Part shown: positions 50,806 to 61,732 of the stretch, one piece after another
How the letters are laid out: every line of letters begins with the position of its first letter
How positions within the stretch are numbered: position 1 is the first letter of the stretch
Origin: Nitrospirota bacterium
Lineage (GTDB): Bacteria > Nitrospirota > UBA9217
Length of the DNA stretch: 64,000 bases
Direction of reading: 5' to 3'
NCBI GenBank assembly: GCA_963751455.1
Contig: CAVVUN010000001.1
Coordinates: 96,001-160,000, forward strand
Position numbers and translations under genes: made by a program
Notes under the pieces: generated by a model
Database searches by the model: none
What the model saw: the letters and a program-made list of their open reading frames with translations, nothing else
What the model was told of the DNA's origin: nothing

Positions 50806-51318
50806 TTATTGCGGCAACCATGTCTTAATGCTTCTCGTCAATTCCTGTTCATTGCTGATTTCGCCGTAGAAAACGTCTTTTACGGTTCCATCTTCGCCGA
50901 TAAGAAAAGTCATCGGCAGGAATCGAACACCGTACAGTTCTGAGACCTTGCCTTTGCCGTCGCTCAGAACGAGTGGCTTATCAACCCTCAATTCCCGGAG
51001 CAATTCACTGATTTGACCAAAGTTCTCCTTGACACCGATTATGACCACGGTGATGCCTTTTTTTTGAAGGTCATCAACCAGGGAATTGATCAGCGGCAAC
51101 TCTGCTCGGCAAGGAGCGCACCAGGAAGCAAAAAAACTAAGGAGGAGGCCATGTCCGCTCCTGGTTCGGTTCGGGCCTGCATACTCGCTCAAGATAAAAT
51201 CGTTGCCCGCATTGTCCTTGATTGAAAAAAAGGGTGCGCTGTCATGTCGCCTCACAGCGCCGAATGCGGAAGAAACAATCAAGGCAGGCAGCAACACAAT
51301 CAGGATAACTGTTTTCAT
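50806..51318 (-). CDS. TlpA/ResA-like thiol-disulfide oxidoreductase
   Basis: Signal peptide; FFASWCAPCRAE and YGVRFLP. Confidence 0.88.
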   Translation of the reverse strand: MKTVILIVLLPALIVSSAFGAVRRHDSAPFFSIKDNAGNDFILSEYAGPNRTRSGHGLLLSFFASWCAPCRAELPLINSLVDDLQKKGITVVIIGVKENFGQISELLRELRVDKPLVLSDGKGKVSELYGVRFLPMTFLIGEDGTVKDVFYGEISNEQELTRSIKTWLPQ

Positions 51319-51329
51319 CTTTTCCGTTC

Positions 51330-52474
51330 TTACAGGATGACCAGATCGTCGCGGTGTATCACCTCGTCGTAGTCCTTGTGTCCCAGCACGGCTGCTATTT
51401 GCGAGGTCTTGAGTCCCTTGATCAGGTCAAGGTCCTGTGAAGAATATTTAACCAGCCCCCGGGCAAAGGCGCGCCCGGTACCGTCAATACAGGTGACGCA
51501 GTCACCGACCTTGAACGTTCCTTCGATCTTTACAATGCCGCCCGGCAGCAGGCTCTTGCCTTTGCTGATCAAGGCCTCACGCCCGCCATCGTCTACGACG
51601 ACCCTGCCGCTCGCACTAACCGCATACGCTATCCAGTGTTTTCTGCTGTCCTGCTTCTCCGACCGGGGAAGAAACAGGGTCCCCACTTCACGGCCTTCGA
51701 ATAAAGCCCTGAGGTTTCCCGCCTTCTTTCCGTTCATTATGACGACGGGCGCTCCATAGGCACCGACCTTGCGTGCGGTCATGATCTTGGAGCGCATGCC
51801 GCCGGTACCTACGGTCGACCGGGTGTCGCCTGCTCCGCGTTCCATATCCGCGGTGATCTTCTCAACGATCGGGATAAATTCAGCGGACGGTTGCTGTTTC
51901 GGATCGGCGGTATACAGTCCGTCGATATCGGAAAGGATTACCAGCAGATCGGCGTCCGCAAGATGGACTACCATGCCGGACAGATTGTCGTTGTCTCCGA
52001 ACTTGATCTCATCGACCGCCACCGTGTCATTTTCATTGATGATCGGCACTACCCGGTATTCCAGAAGGGTATGAAGCGTGTTTCTCGCGTTCAGAAACCG
52101 TGTGCGGTTCGAAAGATCTTCACGGGTCAGCAGCACTTGTGCCACTTTCCGGCCGTGCGCCCCGAACGTCTTTTCATACATCCACATGAGACTCGACTGA
52201 CCTATTGCCGCAGCCGCCTGCTTGAGCGAAAGGGGCATTCCCTTCTTTTTCGCGATACCGAGCTTCGCCAGGCCTGCAGCAATGGCTCCGGAAGAGACCA
52301 GAATCACCTCGCGTCCCTGATCGAGAAGCTCGGCAATTTCGGCGGCAAGCTGCTCAACGCGTGCATGATTGATCCCTCTCTCGGACGACGCCAGTACCGC
52401 GCTGCCGACTTTGATCACGATCCTTCGTTTTTTCGAGAAGAGTGATTTCGATCGATCGTCAAGTTTTTTTTCAT
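51330..52474 (-). CDS. proB: Glutamate 5-kinase
   Basis: IKVGS, VSSGAIAAG, NENDTV, FGDND, GTGGM and PUA domain. Start is uncertain (A8 run after ATG 52474). Confidence 0.96.
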
Positions 52475-52578
52475 AGTGAAAATTGCTTTTGATCAGATGA
52501 TGAAAACAATTATGTTCGGGAAGCATATCCTCCTGGGCTGATGATCCGGCCTGACTTCTTCGTTAATTCACAGCCCTC

Positions 52579-53644
52579 TCAGAGATTTAATAAAACCGCC
52601 TCCCACTCCTCGTTCTCAAGCACCTTCAGTTCCACCCTAAGCGCCCAGATCCCGCCGGGCTTCAGATTCCTGAGACGTACACCGTCTTTTTCGGTCGTCA
52701 CGATCATGCTGATCTTCTCGTGCGAGGCCCGGTCCCGATTGCAGCAAGGTCCGACTTATTATATGCGTAATGGTCCGGAAACCGGATATCGGCCTTTACT
52801 TCCGCTCCCAGCGCTCGAAGAATCGAGATGAATGATTCATGACGCGCAATTCCCGAAAACACCAGAACGCTGACGCCGTGAAGCGTGAGAGGGGCCTCTG
52901 CTCTCCGGTTTCGAGATCGATCAGATCAACAGGCACCAGCCGTGAAGTAAATATGCGGGCTCCCGTATGCCGGCTGATCGCTTTCCTGAGCGCGGGGAGA
53001 TCAGCTGCCCGGTCAGCATGCGTAATAACAACAACATCGGCGCGTCGAAGAGCCGAAAGCGGTTCCCGCAGGATTCCCGCGGGAAACAGTTTGCCGTTTC
53101 CAAAGGGGTCAACGGCATCGACCAGCACGATATCGAGATCGCGCGCCAGCCGGATATGCTGAAATCCGTCGTCCAGAATGACCGTGTCATTTCGAAATTT
53201 TTCATGGGCGTACTGCGCGGCCTGCAGCCGGTCACTTGCCGCTACAACCGGAACGCCAAGCACTTTCGAACCGATCAGCACGGGCTCATCTCCTCCCGTA
53301 CCCGGATCAGCAAGAACCATTTTCCCGTCCGAAACCACGGTCAGAACATTTTCGTCCCTGCGCCCGTAGCCCCTGCTCACGACAGCCGGATGCCTCTCAT
53401 GCGTCAGCAGCACGCGGGCGATCTGCATGACTGCCGGTGTCTTGCCGGTTCCGCCCACCGTTATATTGCCGACGGAAATCACGGATTGCTTAAGCTTTAC
53501 CTGCTTTATAATACCCAACCTGTACAAGCCATGCCGCAGGCGTATGATTTGTTCGTAGAATATCGAGACAAACTTCAGTAAAGAACCCGCAAACAAGGAT
53601 CTTTTTCTTCCGTACATCACTTCTTCAAGATCACTTTTTCTCAT
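52579..53644 (-). CDS. lpxK: Tetraacyldisaccharide 4'-kinase (frameshifts in the 3' part)
   Basis: SVGNITVGGTGKTP, SRGYG, LDDGFQH and PAGILRE; TTEKDGVR lies in another frame ending at 52579. Confidence 0.93.
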
Positions 53645-54902
53645 TATCACCGATCAGCCTGCTGACCGCGTCAATGGTTCTTGCAGCCGCCCCGGAATTC
53701 GCCTCGATCACGGCAAAGGCGCGGCTTCCAATAAGCTGCGCATATTTCTTATCCGACAGGAGTTTGTCAACCTTTATATAAAGTTCTTCTTTATCTTTGA
53801 CCAGAATTCCCCCTCCGGCAAAAATAAGGGCCTCAGATATTTCTTTAAAATTGAACATGTAACGGCTGAAAATTACGGGTTTTTTCATCGCTGCCGGCTC
53901 AAGCAAATTGTGGCCTCCCACTTTGACAAGGCTGCCTCCCACAAAAGCGATATCACAGATGCCGTAGAATGAACGAAGTTCCCCGATCGTATCGAGCAGA
54001 AGTACATCTTTTATGGGGCCGCCAGGTCTTGTCCTTCTCTGGCATTCATACCCGGCCTTGTTTATCAGTCCCTCTACCTCGTCGAACCGCTCGGGATGAC
54101 GCGGAGCGATAATGAGCACCAACTCGGGGTATTTCTCTCTCAACCTTCGGAATACGGTCAATAAAGCCGCTTCCTCGCCGCGATGCGTGCTCCCTGCGGT
54201 GATGACCTTGCTGTTCGGCGCAAGGGATACAGTGCTCGTCGGGATACCGTGGATCTTCAGATCGAATTTCAGATTCCCGGTCACAATTACGCGGTCCGGA
54301 TCAGCGCCGATGGCTTTGATCCTGACGGCGTCTTCGTCCGATTGCATGCAAAACAGCGTCACGTTGGAGAATACCAGCCTGAAGAACCTTCGCAGTTTCA
54401 TGTAATTGTTAAAGGAAGGAGGAGATATCCTGCCGTTTATTACCGCCGAAGGAATCCCTTCCCGGCTGAGCGCCCGGAAAAAATTGGGCCAGAGTTCCGT
54501 TTCCGCCACGAGGACGATGATCGGATTTATTTTCCGTATGACCCTGCGAACAATCCAGGGATAATCAAACGGAAAAAAGAAAACGACATCTGCCTCGGGC
54601 ACCCGCTGCCGCGCCGTATAATTCCCCGTTACCGTTACCGTTGAAAGAATCAGTTTTCTGGTTGGATATTTTTTCCTGAGTTCGCGGATGAGAGGATGCG
54701 CGGCCATGACTTCACCCACCGAAACGGCATGGATCCATATCGGCCTGGTATCGCGAATGACCTTTTTGAGCCGCTTGCGCACCCGGCCCAGCTTCTGGGT
54801 TATTCCGCCCCGGTACTTCGGCACGGTGATCATTTTAAAGAGAATGACCGGAGAGAAGAACACCGTAGCCAGAACTAAAACCAGGTTGTAAAGAATATAC
54901 AT
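53631..54902 (-). CDS. waaA: Kdo transferase
   Basis: WIHAVSVGE, ETELWPN, APRHPER and GGHNLLEPA. Confidence 0.96.
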   Translation of the reverse strand: MYILYNLVLVLATVFFSPVILFKMITVPKYRGGITQKLGRVRKRLKKVIRDTRPIWIHAVSVGEVMAAHPLIRELRKKYPTRKLILSTVTVTGNYTARQRVPEADVVFFFPFDYPWIVRRVIRKINPIIVLVAETELWPNFFRALSREGIPSAVINGRISPPSFNNYMKLRRFFRLVFSNVTLFCMQSDEDAVRIKAIGADPDRVIVTGNLKFDLKIHGIPTSTVSLAPNSKVITAGSTHRGEEAALLTVFRRLREKYPELVLIIAPRHPERFDEVEGLINKAGYECQRRTRPGGPIKDVLLLDTIGELRSFYGICDIAFVGGSLVKVGGHNLLEPAAMKKPVIFSRYMFNFKEISEALIFAGGGILVKDKEELYIKVDKLLSDKKYAQLIGSRAFAVIEANSGAAARTIDAVSRLIGDNEKK

Positions 54903-54907
54903 TCAAA

Positions 54908-55564
54908 TCACCCTTTCGAGCCATTCTCCAGAAAATAATTATCGGCCTCTTTAGAAACGCGGTTCAGGGCATCGGCCAGTTCCCGGCGCTTGAGTTCGAG
55001 CTCTTCCTCCCCGGTTCCCTTTACAATAATCGGTTCGCCGTATACCACAACGCCTTTCGTGAACGGCGACGGGAGAAGATACTTATCCCATATCTTTTCC
55101 AGGATCCAGAACCGCTTTGCGCTGGACGATAGCGGAACAATCACCTTATCCAGCTTTCCGGACAGGTAGGTAACGCCCTGTTTCACCTCGTAGACCGGTC
55201 CCCGGGGGCCGTCAACAGCCAAAGCGATCGTTTTTCCCTTCCTGAGCGCATCCACAAGGCCCAGCAGCGCGCGGTCCCCTTTCCTCTTGCTCGATCCACG
55301 CACCACTTCGAATCCGAACCGCTTGAGGATCCTGGCCTGGATTTCGCCGTCGCGGCTTTCGCTCGACGGAATGACCATGCCGCTGTTCCGGTGTTTCTGC
55401 AGCAGCAGGAACTGCCTTCCGTGCCAGAAGGCGTAAATGATATTTTTGCCTTCCGCTTTCAGCTTTTCAGGTATTTCCCGGTTCACGAATGCCGTTCGTA
55501 CCGATCCACCCCAGAGTGAAATCAATATCCACCCGATAAAGGACAATAATTTAGCCCTGATCAT
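54908..55564 (-). CDS. DUF374 acyltransferase (LpxJ-like lipid A late acyltransferase)
   Basis: AFWHG, SRDGE, VRGSS and VDGPRGP motifs; lies between msbA and waaA. Confidence 0.8.
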   Translation of the reverse strand: MIRAKLLSFIGWILISLWGGSVRTAFVNREIPEKLKAEGKNIIYAFWHGRQFLLLQKHRNSGMVIPSSESRDGEIQARILKRFGFEVVRGSSKRKGDRALLGLVDALRKGKTIALAVDGPRGPVYEVKQGVTYLSGKLDKVIVPLSSSAKRFWILEKIWDKYLLPSPFTKGVVVYGEPIIVKGTGEEELELKRRELADALNRVSKEADNYFLENGSKG

Positions 55565-57303
55565 TGCACCGCCCTAGCCGTCGTTTCTTCCCGGAACTGC
55601 CGATCGTACAGGTTTTTGTAGTCACCGCCGTTACTCAGCAGCTCTTCGTGATTGCCCTGTTCCACAATCCTGCCTGCTTTCAGCACGATGATCCGGTCTG
55701 CATTCATGATGGTCGAAAGCCGGTGCGCAATAACAAAGCTGGTTCTGCCCTTCATAAGGGTATCAAGCGCGTTCTGCACTTCCCGCTCGGACTCCGTATC
55801 GAGCGATGAAGTCGCTTCATCGAGAATCAGGATCGGCGCGTTTTTGAGCAGCGCCCTGGCAATTGAGAGGCGCTGCCGCTGGCCACCCGAAAGCCTGACG
55901 CCTCCCTCCCCTATCACCGTATCATATCCCATCGGGAAGGAGCGTATGAAGGAATCTGCCTGCGCCGCCTGCGCCGCCTGGACGATTTTTTCGAACGTGC
56001 ATGCAGTATCGCCATACGCGATATTGCTTCGGACTGTATCATTGAAAAGGATCGTCTGTTGGGTGACGATCGCTATCTGAGACCGAAGCGATGCCGTTGC
56101 AGCCCGGCGGATATCAACGCCTTCGACGAGAATGGACCCGCCGGTGACGTCATAAAACCGCGGGATGAGATTCACCAGCGTGGTCTTCCCCCCGCCGCTC
56201 TGCCCCACGATGGCGATCGTTTCACCTGCCCGTACCGTGAGGTTTACCTCTTTAAGTACAAGATCGTTTTCATATTGGAACGAAACGTTTTTGAACTCGA
56301 TCGTTTTAAAATCGCGGGGCAGCAAGGCAGCTCCGGGCATGTCCCGGATCTCGGGCTGTGTATCAATGACTTCAAATATTCTTCGTGCAGCGGCTATTCC
56401 GTCTTGAATGACGCTGTTCACGCCGTTTAACTCCTTGAGCGGCCGATAGAAAAATACGAGCGCCATGGAAAAAGAACCGAAGTCGCCGACCGTCATGGAA
56501 CCCCGAATGACCGAATAGCCGCCGAACCCGACCACGAGTGATGTTCCGATGATGCTGATCAGTTCCGTAACCGGGTGTGAGACGGCCGTTGTTTTGATTG
56601 CCCGCATAAGAGAATTAAAGAGGTCGCGATTGCGCGCTGCGAACCTCCGGCTTTCATATTCCTCCATGCCGAAGGCCTTCACGATCCGGACGCCGGCAAT
56701 CGTTTCATGCAGGTGTGTTGTCAATTGGCCGAGCTGCTCCTGCATGGTGGTGCTTGTTTTTCTGAGCCGTCTGCTGAATTTGGCCAGGGCGAGGCCCGCC
56801 AGAGGCAGGGCAACGAACGAGAGCAGGGCAAGCCGCCAGTTGAGGTACAGGATGAGCCCGAGCAGGCCGGCCATCGTGGCGAGTCCCTGCACAACGCTCG
56901 CAGGCACCCGGGTGAGCGCACCCTGCACCAGGTTCACGTCGTTCATGATTCTCGAGACAATGACCCCGGTCGGAGTCCTGGCAAAATATGAAAACGAAAG
57001 CGACTGCACGTGCGCATACAGCTGGTCACGAATATTGTTGACCACTTTCTGCCCGACATAGCCCATCAGATAGTCCTTGGCATACGACGTGATGCCTTTG
57101 ATGATGCTGATGACGATCAACGCAGGAGGGACGAGGTAAAGAAGGGTCTTGTTCTTGTTTACGAAGACGTCGTCGAGTACATGCTTGACGAGGTATGTCT
57201 GCGCCGAGATCATGGCGCTCGTGAACCCCATGAAGAGCGCAGCCCATATCAGCCGCATCTTGTAGGGCTTCAGATATATCAGCAATCTTTTATAAATATC
57301 CAT
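55561..57303 (-). CDS. msbA: Lipid A flippase ABC transporter
   Basis: TM domain plus GQSGGGKT, LSGGQRQR and LDEATS; lipid A operon context. Confidence 0.9.
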   Translation of the reverse strand: MDIYKRLLIYLKPYKMRLIWAALFMGFTSAMISAQTYLVKHVLDDVFVNKNKTLLYLVPPALIVISIIKGITSYAKDYLMGYVGQKVVNNIRDQLYAHVQSLSFSYFARTPTGVIVSRIMNDVNLVQGALTRVPASVVQGLATMAGLLGLILYLNWRLALLSFVALPLAGLALAKFSRRLRKTSTTMQEQLGQLTTHLHETIAGVRIVKAFGMEEYESRRFAARNRDLFNSLMRAIKTTAVSHPVTELISIIGTSLVVGFGGYSVIRGSMTVGDFGSFSMALVFFYRPLKELNGVNSVIQDGIAAARRIFEVIDTQPEIRDMPGAALLPRDFKTIEFKNVSFQYENDLVLKEVNLTVRAGETIAIVGQSGGGKTTLVNLIPRFYDVTGGSILVEGVDIRRAATASLRSQIAIVTQQTILFNDTVRSNIAYGDTACTFEKIVQAAQAAQADSFIRSFPMGYDTVIGEGGVRLSGGQRQRLSIARALLKNAPILILDEATSSLDTESEREVQNALDTLMKGRTSFVIAHRLSTIMNADRIIVLKAGRIVEQGNHEELLSNGGDYKNLYDRQFREETTARAVQ

Positions 57304-57309
57304 CGTCTG

Positions 57310-58449
57310 CTATGCGCCTTGTATGAATTCCATGACAACGTCGGCCGCCTTCGAAGACGCGCCGCCTTCTCCGAGCAGGGACCGCAGTTTCAGTAAACCG
57401 TCCTTTACTTCCCGGTGCCGGACGGGCTGATCCAGCAGGTCTGATATGTGTTCCGCTATCTTCTCCGGAGTCACGTCATTCTGTATCAGTTCAGGAACGA
57501 CCCGCCGGTTTGACACGATGTTCACGAGACCGACATGCTTGACGCCACTCACCAATTTGGTAAGGAGATAATAGGTCACGGCCGAAATGCGATATATGAT
57601 CACCATGGGCACCGCCATGAGCCCTGTCTCCAAAGTCGCCGTTCCGGACGTCACAATCGCCGCATCCGAGGCTCGCAGCACATCGTATACCCTTCCATCC
57701 ACGCTTTGCACCGGAACGCGGGAATGCTCAATATAAGCCTGCACGAAGTTCCGGTCAAGCGTCGGCGCGACCGGGAGAACAAACTGGAGGTCCGGGTGCC
57801 GTGACAAAAGCAGCAGCGCCGCGCCCAGCATGTCGGGAAGAAGATTGGCTATCTCGCCCTTTCTGCTTCCGGGCAGGAGGGCTATCGTACGGCGATTGGC
57901 GTCGAGACCGAGGGCCCGTCGCGCTTCCTCCTGGTTCAGGTCGGACTGAACGATATCCGCCAAAGGATGGCCCACGAAACGTACATCCACGCCGACCGCT
58001 TTATAAAGCGGCACCTCGAAGGGAAAAACCACGATCATGGCCTTGACGAGACCGGCTATGGTTTTGATTCGTCCTTTCCGCCATACCCATACCTGCGGAC
58101 TGATATAGTACAGGACGGGAATCCCGAGTTTGCGGGCCGCCTTTCCCAGCTTTATGTTGAAATCGGGAAAATCGATAAGCACAAGCAACTGGGGACGTTC
58201 GTTTTTCAGGAACTGCCTGAGCCTGGCAAATACACGATAGATCGGGCGGATGTGTGTGAGCACTTCGGTTATTCCCACTACCGATATTTCCGAGGCGTCA
58301 GCCAGCATGTGCACGCCGGCCTCCTTCATCCGCCTGCTGCCGACACCGTAAATTGTGATGTCGTTGTCGCGTTTACGGATTTCCCGGGCCAGATTGGCGC
58401 CATGCAGGTCGCCTGAGGCCTCACCGGACATGATCATGATTTTCTTCAT
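57310..58449 (-). CDS. lpxB: Lipid-A-disaccharide synthase
   Basis: GEASGDLHG, IDFPDFN, SPQVWVWR, LPGSR and SGTATLE. Confidence 0.97.
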   Translation of the reverse strand: MKKIMIMSGEASGDLHGANLAREIRKRDNDITIYGVGSRRMKEAGVHMLADASEISVVGITEVLTHIRPIYRVFARLRQFLKNERPQLLVLIDFPDFNIKLGKAARKLGIPVLYYISPQVWVWRKGRIKTIAGLVKAMIVVFPFEVPLYKAVGVDVRFVGHPLADIVQSDLNQEEARRALGLDANRRTIALLPGSRKGEIANLLPDMLGAALLLLSRHPDLQFVLPVAPTLDRNFVQAYIEHSRVPVQSVDGRVYDVLRASDAAIVTSGTATLETGLMAVPMVIIYRISAVTYYLLTKLVSGVKHVGLVNIVSNRRVVPELIQNDVTPEKIAEHISDLLDQPVRHREVKDGLLKLRSLLGEGGASSKAADVVMEFIQGA

Positions 58450-58499
58450 CGTTTTGGACCACGCGGCAGCCCTGGTGGCCTTCCCGGATAAAACCCTAT

Positions 58500-59600
58500 T
58501 TATAGCGCTTTTTTCACTGCCTCGGCAACCTGCATGATCTGCGGTTCGGTCAACTCAGGAAACATCGGAAGCGAGAGCACCTCGGCTGCGGCCTGTTCTG
58601 CTTTCGGCAGACTGCCTTTTTTCATACCAATTCCGGAATATGCTTTCTGGAGGTGCAGCGGCACCGGATAATAAATCATCGACGAAGTCACGTTGCCGGC
58701 ATCCAGCTTCTGCTTGACAGCGTCCCGGTTCGCGATCCTTATCGTATACTGATGATACACATGCTTTGCGTCCTTCTGTTCTGAAGGCGCGCTGATGCCG
58801 GGGACGTTCAGGTATTTTTTATACAGTGAAGCATTGTTCCTGCGTCTTTCGTTATAGGCGTCGATATGCCGGAATTTAATCCGGAGTACGGCTGCCTGGA
58901 CCTCGTCGAGCCTGCTGTTGAAACCGATCTCATCGTGATAATAGCGCACACGACTGCCGTGGTTCCGCAGCTTAGCCATATGATCAGCAAGGTTTGTATC
59001 GTCCGTGATAACCATGCCCCCGTCCCCATAACAACCGAGATTTTTACTCGGGAAGAAGCTGAAACATCCCACATCTCCGAAGACTCCGGTCTTCTTTCCC
59101 TTGTATTCCGCACCGAAGGACTGAGCGCAGTCCTCGATCACCTTGAGACCGTGGTTCCCGGCTATGCGCATGAGTTCGTCCATCTTCAACGGTTGACCGT
59201 ACAGGTGAACGGGTATGATCGCCTTTGTCTTTTTGGTAAGAGCAGGCTCTATCTGCGCAATATCCATGTTGAACGTTTCAGGATCGATATCAACGAATAC
59301 AGGCCTGGCTCCGACATATGATATTGCTTCAGCCGTTGCAATGAACGTAAATGGTGTGGTGATAACCTCGTCGCCCGGTTTAAGCCCGGCCGCGATCAGC
59401 GCAAGATGGAGCGCGTCTGTTCCCGACGCTACGGACAAAGCGTGCTTTGTCCCGTGATATTTTGCCACTTCCTCTTCGAGCGCTTTGCCCTGGGGCCCGA
59501 GAATAAAATTGGTGCTGCGAATAACTCCGAGAACAGCGTTGTCAATTTCCTCTTTGATCGCTTCGTATTGTATCTTGAGATCTACCATGGGAACCGGCAT
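58500..59600 (-). CDS. gnnB: DegT/DnrJ PLP aminotransferase, probable GnnB
   Basis: SGTDAL, EDCAQS, SFFPSKNLG..GDGG. Position between lpxA/lpxI and lpxB. Confidence 0.75.
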   Translation of the reverse strand: MPVPMVDLKIQYEAIKEEIDNAVLGVIRSTNFILGPQGKALEEEVAKYHGTKHALSVASGTDALHLALIAAGLKPGDEVITTPFTFIATAEAISYVGARPVFVDIDPETFNMDIAQIEPALTKKTKAIIPVHLYGQPLKMDELMRIAGNHGLKVIEDCAQSFGAEYKGKKTGVFGDVGCFSFFPSKNLGCYGDGGMVITDDTNLADHMAKLRNHGSRVRYYHDEIGFNSRLDEVQAAVLRIKFRHIDAYNERRRNNASLYKKYLNVPGISAPSEQKDAKHVYHQYTIRIANRDAVKQKLDAGNVTSSMIYYPVPLHLQKAYSGIGMKKGSLPKAEQAAAEVLSLPMFPELTEPQIMQVAEAVKKAL

Positions 59601-59762
59601 GCGTGTCTTATTCTCCTCAATTTATAATTTTTATTGTGCTGGTGACCGTTCGAAACGGATATTTGAATGACCCATCGGGTTGCCGCCGAAACTCAAACGC
59701 TTTATTATAGTCAACGGCTGCCGCCCGAAAAGCATGACGGGACAAATCGAGTGGTCGAATTT

Positions 59763-60719
59763 CTAACTCTTCGATATAGGAACAAATGCCGTTGTCCCGT
59801 TTCTGATATTTTCGGATATAGTTTGTGCAAGCGCCAGGGCACTCCTGGCTTCGATGCCCGATACGAGCGGCTGTCTGCCGGTTTGAATGCTGTTGACAAA
59901 AGCGCAGATCTCTTTGTGCAGCGTGTCGCACCGTTCAGCAGATATATCGGTTCCCACGAGCTCCGGGACGCCGTTTCCGCTCTTCCGGGATACGGTTGCT
60001 TTCTGGGTTTGATAATCCGAGGTATAAACGTTCTCTCCGTCAAGCACCCGGAGCAGCCGTTTTTTTTCGTCCGATATCCTGCTGGCAGTCACATCCGCGA
60101 TGCAGCCGTTTTCGAACAGGATCCGTGCTGTCGCGAGATCTATTTCTCCCGTAATGACGGCCGCACCGGCAGCGCTCACTTGTTTCGGCAGGGATCCGGC
60201 GAGGTCGGCGACGATATCGAGGTCGTGGATCATGAGGTCAAGTATGACGTTTACGTCCGTACACCGGACCGTGAAAGGCGCAGCGCGCTCGCTGGTCATG
60301 TACCTCGGCGCTTTCAGCATTGATTTGACCGCCGTGAGGGCGGGGTTGAAGCGTTCAATATGACCTACTTGAAGGACCGTTCCCTTGTTCCCCGCCATGG
60401 CAATAAGTTCATCGGCTTGTTCGAGGGTAACCGTAATGGGCTTCTCCAGAAAAACGTGAACGCCCTCCTCCATGAACCTTTTGGCAACATCATAATGATG
60501 CTTCGTGGGCACGACGATGTTGACGGCGTCTACAAGACCGAGGAGCTGAGCCGGTTGAGAGAACTGCCGCGTATTCAGACTTTTTGCGACAAGCGAGGCC
60601 CGCTCCGGTTCTACATCAACGATGCCAACCAGTTCGACGCCCGGGATGGTCGCGTATTTTTCGGCGTGAAACCTGCCCAGGTAGCCGACGCCTATGACGC
60701 CGACTCTCACTTTTTTCAT
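59763..60719 (-). CDS. gnnA: Gfo/Idh/MocA oxidoreductase, probable GnnA
   Basis: GVGYLG..HA.KY, EKP, GHIERFNPA and DLMIHDLD; lipid A operon context. Confidence 0.75.
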   Translation of the reverse strand: MKKVRVGVIGVGYLGRFHAEKYATIPGVELVGIVDVEPERASLVAKSLNTRQFSQPAQLLGLVDAVNIVVPTKHHYDVAKRFMEEGVHVFLEKPITVTLEQADELIAMAGNKGTVLQVGHIERFNPALTAVKSMLKAPRYMTSERAAPFTVRCTDVNVILDLMIHDLDIVADLAGSLPKQVSAAGAAVITGEIDLATARILFENGCIADVTASRISDEKKRLLRVLDGENVYTSDYQTQKATVSRKSGNGVPELVGTDISAERCDTLHKEICAFVNSIQTGRQPLVSGIEARSALALAQTISENIRNGTTAFVPISKS

Positions 60720-61537
60720 GTGCTCCCCCCCGGGTTTTGTACGACAGCAATCGCAATGCCCGCCCGATCTGCGCCATCGATAACCGCATCGCGGTCCAGA
60801 ATAATCGTTTTGCCTGCTTCAACTGCCAGACAGGCAGCCTTCACTTCCCTCATTGTCTGTATCGTTTGAGCGCCAAGTGCGGGAAGATCGAAACGAAGAT
60901 CCTGCTGGGGCTTGCAGACCTTCACGACAACTGCACCTTCACCGCAGAGACGCCCGCCCCGTCGAATGGCTTCGTCGGTCCCTTCGATGGCCTCGACCGC
61001 GAGTACCGCCTGGTTTTTGACGACAACGGTCTGTCCTATGTCAAGTCTCCCGATTTCCATGGCAATCTGCCAGCCGAACTCAATGTCCCGCTGCTCGTCC
61101 TTCGAAGGTTTTCTCCTGGTCAGTACGCCGGAAGGCGCCAGCAGGTTGTCCAGGTACAGCGTAGATTCACGGACCGTAATGCCCTCTGATTCCAGCTCCT
61201 CTGCAACTGCACGAAGCAGGGAATCATCTTTCTTGTGAACCATGCGGGCAAGCAGCGCAATCCCCCGCATATCGGGAGCAGCCCCGCCGAACAGCCGGGT
61301 TTTTTTAATCCCGCCCGCCATGAGCACATCGGTCACCCGCTGCTCCTTGAATATTTTAATCAGCTTGCCCAGTTGCCCGACTTTGACCCAGAATATCGCG
61401 TCGACGAGCTGCTCGAGCTCCGGAAGTGTTTCCCCTTCATGGGCTACGGCTATCACGTGAAGTCCTTTTTGTTTTGCGGCCCGTGCGAACGCAAGCGGGA
61501 ATGTGCCGTTGCCGGCTATCAGACCGATTGTCTTCAT
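60716..61537 (-). CDS. lpxI: UDP-2,3-diacylglucosamine pyrophosphatase LpxI
   Basis: GLIAGNG.FP, DIGQTVVV, AVEAIEGTD and KPQQDLRFDLP. Confidence 0.94.
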   Translation of the reverse strand: MKTIGLIAGNGTFPLAFARAAKQKGLHVIAVAHEGETLPELEQLVDAIFWVKVGQLGKLIKIFKEQRVTDVLMAGGIKKTRLFGGAAPDMRGIALLARMVHKKDDSLLRAVAEELESEGITVRESTLYLDNLLAPSGVLTRRKPSKDEQRDIEFGWQIAMEIGRLDIGQTVVVKNQAVLAVEAIEGTDEAIRRGGRLCGEGAVVVKVCKPQQDLRFDLPALGAQTIQTMREVKAACLAVEAGKTIILDRDAVIDGADRAGIAIAVVQNPGGST

Positions 61538-61732
61538 GTATCTCGATACCCGCGGTTCTCTCCGGTATTTTCTGTACAACACAAACCGGTTTTCGCGCCA
61601 GCCGCCAAGCAAATGAAAGAACCGAATAACCTGGTTTAGCTTTGTCTTCCCTTGTGTTCTTTGCGGTTCAGTGTGGCCGTTTTTTCGGCCATTGCGCGAG
61701 ACGACTCGCTTTTTCGACTTAGAAAGGTTACC

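Noticed and set aside
44746-53644. Frameshifts in gpmI, the lapB-like gene, nadD, the proB start and lpxK read as pseudogenisation or programmed frameshifting
   Set aside because: They affect several essential genes, some at homopolymer runs. Sequencing or assembly indels are the simpler explanation. The same caveat applies to 1-1484, 9085 and 10855.
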